DNA of 46,422 nucleotides from Octopus bimaculoides (taxonomy: Eukaryota), in the NCBI RefSeq assembly GCF_001194135.2, contig NC_068985.1, positions 12,429,026-12,475,447 of the forward strand. Direction: 5' to 3'. How positions within the stretch are numbered: the first letter of the stretch is position 1; the number at the start of each line of letters is the position of its first letter. A model generated the notes under the pieces. That model worked only from the letters and a program-made list of their open reading frames with translations. It was not told the DNA's origin and did no database searches. A program made the position numbers and the translations under genes. Positions 36,989-46,422 of this stretch are shown here, piece after piece.

Positions 36989-39570
36989 ACAGGATTGACT
37001 TAAATAATAATATCTTAATCCTAATGTGTGTACTTTGTCCCGCATCTACTGTCGGCTGGCATTATTCGCTAAGTAAATTATATCCCATACACTCACTCGA
37101 TAACGTAATATAAAATCATGAATACAAGATTACAAGACACATATTTGTCTTCTTTGTTTCTTAACGAAAGTATCACAGTTGCCTTAATCATTAATGTGCT
37201 GGATGAAGAGTATTGCGATAATTAATCGGGTTCTACACTCTATATTCAAATTTTGTCAGAATGATATTTACCTTTACGTAAAATGTTGATAAAGAAAGTG
37301 TCGGTGGATTCCGAATGCAACCTACCACCTTGAAGCAATCTTATTCCTAATATAACTTTGGGACAAATGTTGGTGAAAGAAAGAAAGTATATGTGCCTAC
37401 TCATGATTAAAGGGACACATAACGAATTTTAAGAAAACATGGTACATGCTATCAAATGATACAATCTTCTGTATACAATTTTGTATGTCATTCTCAAAAC
37501 AATTAAATTTCGAGTCTTAGGAAGAAGGTTATAGTATATTTTAGGAACACATTTTCTATACGCAAGTTCGACGGATGTGTTTCTTAAATTTGATTAACAT
37601 TCAGACTATATGATCTAAAGTTTCAGACGTTGCACCTAATCTGAGAATGAGAAAAGAAGGAGAATTTTGTGTATTGATTAAGCTGGAAGCACGAAATTTG
37701 AATAACTATCTGTCTGCAAGAGCATGCAATGAAAACTACCATTTTGTCACCATATATATCGTCAGAATAATAGCAGTTTTAAATTCTGAACTTCTTTCCT
37801 GTTTCTGAATATAAATTAGTATCGATGTGAAACTGTCGTTCTAATGCAAAATATATTACATGCATTCCGTTTGTCATTGCCAGAAGGAGAACGGGTTGCA
37901 GTAGGATTTGATTTCTACTTTCTGTATCAACACAGAAATAATAAAGGCAAGTGTCACCTTCACAAGATTTGCATATATTACGCAGTCGAAACAATTATCA
38001 TGACACATCTAACGCTCTAAAGACTCTGGCAATTGAAAAGCATTGTGTTAAAAGATGTTTGTGTCCGTTATTGCTTTCATGTATTGGATAGGTGTTTAGT
38101 GAATTATACCAGCAAATTGTAGATGTGGGACAACAATATTCGTGTTAAAATGAATATTGTATTAATATTTTTAACTCGTTCTTTATTTCATTTTTTATAT
38201 CATTTCCGAAAGCAAGACGTGTATTTTAGACTGATATTTTAGTGTAATTTTATGTATTGTTCAATGATATATAAAGCTTATCTTTTTTCTTTATATTAAA
38301 CTCTAGTATCAGCGTAATAAAAGTGATGTAGTATTGGAAAAAAAAATAGGATTCAAAACTTCAAATTTCGAAATTTTGTATGCGTTATATTTTACGTAAG
38401 GGAGTAATCAAAGAGAATATAACGTGTACATGCAACATGGTTTCCCAAGCATATTTGTATATGATTATCGATAAAAGGTGTGTAATTACCTTTCTCTATT
38501 GATGTCAAGCGCAAATTAATGATTGGGTCTGAAGGATTGCAAAATCATGATCGTCGCCAAAATAATTTATTACTTGATATTTTAAACGGATATGTGAGCG
38601 AAATTATAGCGGTGCCACTGATACTGGATCTTGATTTTGAAAAGAAGGGCTTAATTCTTCGATCAAATATCTTGCAGAAATATTTTCATCGCAGCGTACT
38701 CTGGAAATATGTGTAGTGAAAGCCGTTATATTAAACGACCGATGTAACATGTGTAAGTACCAAAAACTTACTTACTTTCAATAAGTATCTTCTCATATCT
38801 TTATCTATGAAATAGGTTCTTGAATATTTTCGTAACATCTAAAATCTACTGTAGAATTACTGAATTAAGGCGATAGTATTATGCTTAAATGTAGCGCAAA
38901 ACATGTAACTGCGTAAATGTGTTGTGTATATCTTATTTTCGTGACGAAATGTAAATTGAAGCTACTCATTATATTCCACTTGAAAATCACATGAATGAGA
39001 TTCATTTCACGTTACATAATTGCATACACTTCCAAAAATGTGTTGCAAATGCAAATTATGAAAGGAGATATCAATTGACAAGTCTAAACATATACAAAGA
39101 AGGTCTGTTCTATACTGGTTTTGATTGTAATGGCAAGCGGCTCTTTCAGATCGTATAACCTTAAGATTTATTAATCAGATACTGTTTAACGAGCACTTCA
39201 TTAAACTATATGAGTGATATGAATGCTTTTTGTGGGAATAACTTGAAATCCCATATCGAATTTTGTTCGAAACGGATGCTATATGTTATTTATATAATTG
39301 GAAAAATGCTCCAGTATGGCAAAACCTAACAGCAATATTTAAATGTATTTTGTCGCGCTACAATTTATATCCTGCGTTGGCCGATTTTACCTTTGAACAT
39401 TTATGTGTAGACATAATAAAGACGAACCAAAGACAATGATTGAGGGATTGACTACATCTCACCCCTAGAAAGACATTTCATTTTTGTTATTAGTTTTATT
39501 TTCAGCTTTATTTTTAATTAAAATATTAGATTGCAAACTTAAAGATACAGGGTGTATGTTAAAACTTCGA

Positions 39571-39806
39571 AAGGCGACGAGCTGGCAGAAACGTTAGCAC
39601 ACCGCGGAATGCTTAGCGGCATTTCATCTGCCGCTACATTCTGTTTTCAAATTCCGCCGAGGTCGATTTTGCTTTTCATCCTTTCGGGGTTGATTAAATA
39701 ATTGCCAGTTACGCACTGGGGTCGACATAATCGATTTAATCCGTTTGTCTGACCTTGTTTGTCCCCTCTGTGTGTATCCCTTTATGGGCAGTAAAGAAAT
39801 AAGAAA
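39571..39806 (+). mobile_element. Main SINE family full-length copy (tail type B)
   Basis: aaggcgacgagctggcagaaacgttagcac...caaattccgccgaggtcg...aatccgtttgtctgaccttgtttgtcccc...gggcagtaaagaaataag. Confidence 0.92.
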
Positions 39807-41785
39807 GACATTTCATTGCCTCACTGTGAGGGCTGAATGGATACAATACACTAACACTAAGGGCGTGTGTCACGCATTTCTTTTATTGTTCATTGTATAA
39901 TCCCCACATTAGCGGGACATTAAATAATGAAAAAAATAAAGAACCTTAGTAGAAACCAATCTGACATATATTGCCAATTGAAATGATAACAGTAAGGGGC
40001 CATAGCACCATACTTTAAAATATTTTAAATTACGTATTTTGTATGAATACCAGATTAATGCGATACGGAACAATATTCTGCCGCAAGTAATTTGAATCAA
40101 AGTTTTTATATATTTTGTGGGGAATATTCCGACTCCGTTTGGCATATTATCATGTCAGCAAAAAAGGTAAGGTGTAGGTTACTTATGATGACGAATGCTT
40201 CCGTAGGTCATTCAATGAAATGATATTTCATAACTAATGTATTAGTTCCAGTCTTCACTTCGTAGCGGCAGCATGCCCACAAGCCTGAACAAATATGGCG
40301 ACAACATGTCCAGTATTTGCGGCCGCCAATCATAAAGGAGAACGCAATAGGAAACTATTAATCATAGCTCTTTATAGCTTGTACAAAATTGATTCTATTT
40401 TCGCCGCATATATGACGCAACGGAATTACAGGTTTAGTTTAAAACGAAGAAATAAATAATACAAGAAAGCATAATGGAATGGCAAATAAACAAGAAAAGT
40501 GTTCTCTAGTATAAGACTTAGTTATTACGAAAATATGAAGAAAAAATATATAAAATATCATAAAATATCATAGCGTTGTTCCACAAATACTATTTGCACA
40601 TCAATAAAGCAGACATTAATATCTTCTATCGGAAAGATATCTGTCTAAATCATGTTATTATTGGTGATGTTTATTTCGATTGCAGATATTCTCAAAACGC
40701 TTAGAATGGATATAAATCTATTTTGAGAAATTTTTTAAGCATTTCCTTGCTGAAATCTCAGTTTCTTCTTTATGTGTTAGAATATTATATTAATTAACAA
40801 TGTATTTAATATATGTGCATTCTTGTATATCAGAGTTAATAATACTATACTCATCTTGAAGTATGTATGAAAGATTTGTAAACAGAGCATTCCACTATTT
40901 ATGTACAGAAACTGCGTGATGTAATAAATGCTTCGCATGCAAATTTTGATGTTATTATTTTCCTATTCCCTCTCGTGAATTGCCATATTATGTTAACCAA
41001 AATCTATAATAATTTTCATAATAACTACCTTACTATAGATTAAATTAACTCTTAAATTCAGAAATCAATAAATGGCAAAGACATATGAGAAAGCGAATTC
41101 TATTCTGTTATTGATAGTTTTTTTTGTTTTTTTTTTACAAAATATTACCATGGATTGTCAATAACTCTGTTCTTAAGCGTATAAAGCCAACTAGTGATAT
41201 TGCTAAATACTTCTTAAATGTATTGATATCCATTATTTATTAGAAATATGATATACAAATGCAGATGTCTTTATCTCCTGGGGATGCCTGGGAGAAGTGA
41301 ATGCAAAACATTATAAGTTTCAAACAAAACACAGTGTTGAAAATCATAAAAAACGTTTTAACCATTTGCAAATTGAGTCGAAAATATACGAAGCTTCATA
41401 ACAAAAGACATATTTGTAGGTGTTCATGTTGCACCTCAAGTGAGTATAACTGATAAGTGGAGCTTATCAATCATTACATAACTGTCATCTGCATTTTCTC
41501 AATGTGCCCCAGTGTCTTGTTTGACGTTAATACGGTTGCCATTTTACGTGTGTAACGTAGTTGAAAACGTTTGGTCAAACATTTATTATGTAAATCATTA
41601 CTCCGTAAAAATACCTATGAACGTTTAAAATGTAAAAGAAGGATGGCCCTTAATAGATGAGATGATTGAGAAATATTTCTAATATAGGCAGCGCAGATTC
41701 GAATAGAACCAATGAACATAATATTGGTTCTAGTCTCGTATACAATGGCATATATCTATCTACCTATGTATCCATTTACTTCTCT

Positions 41786-41863
<78 letters not shown>

Positions 41864-41865
<2 letters not shown>

Positions 41866-42060
41866 CCCAGTGGTTAGGGCAGCGGACTCCCGGTCGCAAG
41901 ATCCCGGCTTCGATTCCCAGACGGGCGTCGTGTGTGTTTATTGAGTGAAAACACCTAAAGATCCACGAGGCTCCGGCAAGGGGTGGTGGCGACCCCTGTT
42001 GTACTCTTTCGCCCCAACTTTCTCTCATTCTTTCTTCCTGTTTCTTGAGTAACGTTGCAT
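41864..42060 (+). mobile_element. tRNA-derived SINE (fourth family)
   Basis: A box cccagtggttagg and B box ggcttcgattccc, then gtgtgtttattgagtgaaaacacc. The extreme 5' end is replaced by (TA)n. Confidence 0.75.
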
Positions 42061-43280
42061 ATTCTAAAACAGACATATTCTAAAACTATTGAACTACTGA
42101 CGTATGTATTAACGATTATGTATTATACATGAAGTTAATGCTATTCATCATTTGATGTTATAGAATGTGGTCATGCGGTGTATCTTTGTGTTACGTATCT
42201 TCATCTTATGTCTACTCTCATTATCTCATTATTTTTCATCCGATAATTCATGCTGTGTCAAAGTTAATATTTGTGTAGTTTGTAAATGTCTGGGTGATGA
42301 AAATAAGTTAAATAAACTTGGCAAATATTAATGTCATACTTTTTCTTCATAATATTAACACCTTAATCCCGCTGAGAGCACTGCATTTATATGTTAGCAT
42401 GTATTTAAATTAGTGACTTTCTGAAACTGATAATTAATCCTCATTCAACGGTTCCAATTCATATTCGAGAAGATAAATCCATGTTACTCTCATATAACCC
42501 AAGCGTGTTGTGCTTGAAAAATCCTGAGCGCTTCGGAAAATACCTGGCTCTATTTAGTTCATTTGTTCGTGATAACAATTTCTGAGGCTGAGCCTAAATC
42601 ACAGAGAATTTCCTTACAATGGTTCATACTGCAAATAATCACGACATACTGGAACACATTTGAATATGCATGATTTTTTCCACTTTTATTAGGAAGAAAA
42701 AACAATTAATCTCATATAAATACCTTCTTTTCTATTCACCTCGAGGTTTAAGATTTATGTACATTTAAAAAGTTGTGTTCCTTGTACATAAAATTTACAA
42801 CCTCCTGCAATGGCTCATTCATTATCGATTAATTATCGATGAACTGAGTATATGAATTTTCCTGTAAATTTAATGGGCTACTTTCGAAATGTCTTACATC
42901 GATAAAACTATAAATAGTTATAATCTCGCTGTGTAGATAAAGCAGATCCAGTCATATTAATCCTAGATCTACCACCTAGAAATTTACCACAAGTAAATCT
43001 ATGTTGCAAGGCCATGTTTGATTTTTACAACGAGGCACACAATGTTATATACAGTAAAGAGAATATTTGAACGTGGATAAAGTAATCAATGTTGTATTTC
43101 GCCTCCCAAAACTTTTTTTACATGATGCTCATTGTGAACAGACAAGATTTCGTGACACCGAGGTTCTTTGAGATACCAGTATTCCAAACTCATTATTTCA
43201 CTTCAGCCAAAACTAGGCTCGGATCGATGAATTGCCACGAAAAGCAATTATCTTAATGACTGGCAAGGGAGGAAAGCTAA

Positions 43281-43335
43281 GAATAGTCAGATCACAGTGA
43301 TTTCGCATTTCTAGTAATGCTCGTCAGTGTCTCTC
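43281..43335 (-). ncRNA. Type I hammerhead ribozyme motif with canonical core
   Basis: 5'-GAGAGACA CUGACGA GCAUU ACUAGA AAUGC GAAA UCA CUG UGA UC UGACUAUU-3'. Stem II 5 bp, stem III 4 bp (AUCA/UGAU), AUC triplet with predicted cut between 43290 and 43289. Stem I is imperfect (6 of 8 pairs, one G-U). Confidence 0.75.
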
Positions 43336-43399
43336 ACTAAGCGCCTTGAGTTAAACTCAACTAGCCTTGACAGTTTATGATATTATCGTAGAAACCATA

Positions 43400-43680
43400 T
43401 GCTGATTTCCTAAAGGTAAAAGTGAAAATCATAAATAATAAACTTATTCCAAAACAACTTAAAAAGTAAAAGGATACCATCACGTTTAAACGAAATCTGG
43501 ACAAATTTCTTCGAAGGTTAACAGATAAGTCACATATACCTCGATACGATTCCGTCAACAACACCTCCCTTCTTGAATGGGCCTTGATATCATGAAACCT
43601 GACTTGAAAAGGATTTAGAAAATCCTGTAAGGTGGTGCTATTAAGTTAAACCTGAGCCAAACTTTGGTCGAAACATATCT
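43400..43680 (+). mobile_element. CR1-like LINE 3' end fragment
   Basis: LIPKQLKK*KDTITFKRNLDKFLRRLTDKSHIPRYDSVNNTSLLEWA (FK-x-x-LD-x-FL motif), followed by a short 3' UTR with a ccaaa-c-tttgg stem-loop. Confidence 0.75.
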
Positions 43681-44013
43681 ATATATATTTTGTTCACGTC
43701 TGGCCAATAGTAGCACTTCTGTTTATTTTCACTGTTTTGTTTTCCTGTCGTGTTTTCTGTTCGACACTATATTCCTCCGCATTACAAATTTAATTTGTTT
43801 CCGCCTAAAGAGCCATTCTAACAATGCGTCATGCCCTAACTCTTCGAAACGCTTAGTTTTAGAATGGTGGCACCTGGTGAAGGAAATATTCTCTATGTGG
43901 CCTGTGTGTTTTCTATGCTCTGTTTATGTTCTGTTTTTCCTTTTGTCCACGTTTGTTTGTGACGTCCTGTACCCAGATAGCATCTATGTATACATGTAGA
44001 TGTGGGTATGTAC

Positions 44014-44305
44014 AATAAGTTACAAGGATATCCAGAGGTAATACAGTACGATCGTTTCATGCAACTCTATTTAATTGAACAATGCAATCAATACATAAAT
44101 TTAATGCAATCAATACATCAATTTAATGCAATCAATACATCAATACTAACGTGTCCATCTGTTCTAATTTAATTAAATTCTATGTCGTTGTGCAGCTGAA
44201 GATTGCTCTGCATTTTCAGTTGATGTAATGATTGCATTGTTCAATTAAATGGAGTTGCATGAAACCGTCGTGCTACATTACCTCTGGATATCCTTGTTGC
44301 TTATT
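44014..44305. mobile_element. Non-autonomous foldback/MITE-like element with long TIRs
   Basis: 44014-44090 matches the reverse complement of 44229-44305 with about 7 mismatches in 77 bp (AATAAG..ACAAGGATATCCAGAGGTAAT...TTTCATGCAACTC.ATTTAATTGAACAATGCAATCA). No ORF. TSD not resolved. Confidence 0.9.
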
Positions 44306-44307
44306 TT

Positions 44308-44370
<63 letters not shown>
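44308..44370. repeat. (GATA)n microsatellite
   Basis: Direct reading. Abuts the right TIR of the MITE. Confidence 0.98.
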
Positions 44371-44723
44371 CTATATTGTCTTTTTCAGTCTTACAGACAT
44401 ACAATGACACTTTCGGTACATAAATATTGTCACACTTGTGTATGCTGATCATATCAATGGGAATATTGTATTATTAGAGAGAGGAAAGAGACGTTCTGAG
44501 TGCATAAATTTTTCGCATACATCTTTTACTCGTATAATTTATCACGAACGGAAATCTTTTTTTTTTTTTTTTGGTTTCTGTGCAGCCAAATGGTATAACT
44601 ACCGGTCTCCCGGTTACGTCCAACATAAACTTCTTATTATTGTCATGTTTTTATTGATAAGAAGGAAATTCAAGGGAGTATACTCATGATGACCTCAAGA
44701 TAGCATGAAAATACTTGTTTAGG

Positions 44724-44797
<74 letters not shown>

Positions 44798-45708
44798 NNN
44801 NNNNNNNNNNNNNNNNNNNNNNNNNNNNNNNNNNNNNNNNNNNNNNNNNNNNNNNNNNNNNNNNNNNNNNNNNNNNNNNNNNNNNNNNNNNNNNNNNNNN
44901 NNNNNNNNNNNNNNNNNNNNNNNNNNNNNNNNNNNNNNNNNNNNNNNNNNNNNNNNNNNNNNNNNNNNNNNNNNNNNNNNNNNNNNNNNNNNNNNNNNNN
45001 NNNNNNNNNNNNNNNNNNNNNNNNNNNNNNNNNNNNNNNNNNNATATATATATAAATGAATATATATATATATATATATACATATACACACATATATGTA
45101 TGCGTGTACATATATATGTATATGTATGTATATATATATATGTGTGTTTGGACGTGTGCGGACGTGTTTGTGTGTGTGTAATTCTTTATATTATTTCCAT
45201 AATGCTTAGTTAACTAGAATTCCAATTAGATTATAAAACTTAGATACACTTCGTGTAGGATTCCTCGGGAATCAACTATTAGCTACACTTTTCATGAGTG
45301 TAAACGATTTTGTAATTGGATTATATATTAAATATATTAAACATATTTCATTCAAGCTAAGTAATCGTAGCAGTAATATATTCACGCTGAACTGGTAGTT
45401 CGTCTCTCTCTCTATAAATGCAGAACGGTCTTAAAATGCTATGATATATCATAGAAAAGAAAATTACAGTTTTTATGTCAGTGCGAAAAATGAAACGCAG
45501 TACACTTTGAGGCAGCTGATTTCATTCCCCCTCCCCTCGCAAACGAAAGCTGATAGGCAAACAAAATTCTTGCATGACAATTAAGAGGGAAGGGTAAATT
45601 ATGGGTCGGAACACTTTCTATAAGATATCAAGGACAACTTAGTAGTATTTCGTTATGCTTTGTAGTTGAAGAACTACAGATGTTGAGAAGATACCAATTG
45701 TATTTTAG

Positions 45709-45929
45709 AAATATTGTGCTTTGTCCCAAGAGAATTATCAGTATAAACGATCAGATATGGCACCAGTTGAAGAACGAAACCAAGTGGAATCTCGTTTAGC
45801 GAGGAAATTGAATTCTTACCCTATGCAAATGTTTGCTTGTATTTACGTAAATGATATATTATATTATGACGAAGAGACGTTAGGACAATATCCCGCACTT
45901 TTTAAAGTATTGAAGGATTTGCAGTCTTT
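45709..45929 (+). other. Open frame that is either a decayed Ty3/Gypsy RT fragment or a host exon
   Basis: YQYKR...ACIYVNDILYY...LFKVLKDLQS is in register with the RT motifs Y-x-DD-IL and L-x-x-VL-x-x-L. It is also bounded by AG (45708 or 45730) and GTGAGT (45930). Confidence 0.35.
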
Positions 45930-46051
45930 GTGAGTTACTCGAACCATAGACAAGACCGTTTAGATCTACTGCTATTAATATAATAATCATCTTTAACGTT
46001 CAGCTGTATTAAACAATAGATTTCGACGTAGACTGTAAAATGATGTAACAC

Positions 46052-46422
46052 AATCTTTTCTACTCTAGACACAACGCCCGAAATTTTGGGTGTTGGGGTT
46101 GCAGTCGATTAGATCGACTCCAGTAGGCAACTGGTATTTAATTTATCGACCCAAGGCGGCGAGCTGGCAGAATCGTTAGCACGCCGGGAGAAATGCTTAG
46201 CGGTATTTCGTCTGCCGTTACGTTCTGAGTTCAAATTCCGCCGAGGTCGACTTTGCCTTTCATCCTTTCGGGGTCGATAAATTAAGTACCAGTTACGCAC
46301 TGGGGTCGATGTAATCGACTTAATCCGTTCGTCTGTTCTTGTTTGTTCCCTCTATGTTTAGTCCCTTATGGGCAATAACGAAATAGGTATTTAATTTATC
46401 GACCCCGAAAGGATGAAAGATA
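46052..46422 (-). mobile_element. Main SINE family copy (tail type A) split by a nested SINE insertion
   Basis: 46052-46152 and 46386-46422 are contiguous in the SINE consensus apart from the duplicated 20-mer. Confidence 0.9.
46153..46385 (+). mobile_element. Full-length main SINE (tail type B) with 20-bp target-site duplication
   Basis: GGTATTTAATTTATCGACCC at 46133-46152 and 46386-46405 flanks a 233-bp copy with A-box-like tggcagaatcg and B-box gagttcaaattc. Confidence 0.95.

Noticed and set aside
39546-39556. TACAGGGTG matching the mariner-type terminus at 18491-18497
   Set aside because: Only 9 bp, 21 kb away, and in an orientation that cannot pair the two as one element enclosing the remnant.
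43645-43680. CTGAGCCAAACTTTGGTCGAAAC as a hammerhead
   Set aside because: Core is incomplete and there is no stem I; better explained as the CR1 3' UTR stem-loop.
43790-44010. Possible Penelope-type LTR remnant with CGAAACGC and CTGGTGAAGG
   Set aside because: I could not assemble a consistent hammerhead or define boundaries; probably a repeat but unclassifiable by eye.
44081-44144. Regularly spaced repeats as a CRISPR array
   Set aside because: Tandem 22-bp units without spacers inside a eukaryotic MITE; nothing in the window is prokaryotic.

Overview
AT-rich eukaryotic draft-assembly sequence with 10 N-gaps (about 4.2 kb in total) and very dense microsatellites. The repeat content is most consistent with intronic or intergenic DNA of an octopus-type cephalopod (inference from the SINE families and composition). 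No host protein-coding gene can be called with confidence. Most ORF-track entries are microsatellite or N-gap artefacts, or antisense frames of repeats. Supported features: a full-length decayed Tc1 (DD34E) transposon with TIRs and TA duplication; a second mariner-type 3' remnant; 3'-end fragments of L1/Tx1, CR1-like (two) and Penelope elements; a degenerate RTE reverse transcriptase region; about 14 tRNA-derived SINE copies or fragments, one nested with a 20-bp TSD; and a long-TIR foldback/MITE. The most interesting signal is four different minimal type I hammerhead ribozyme motifs (4970, 14187, 24171, 43281), all on the minus strand, each with a palindromic or near-palindromic stem III. One has a fully canonical core and lies outside any repeat I can recognise. 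A few candidate exons are reported at low confidence.
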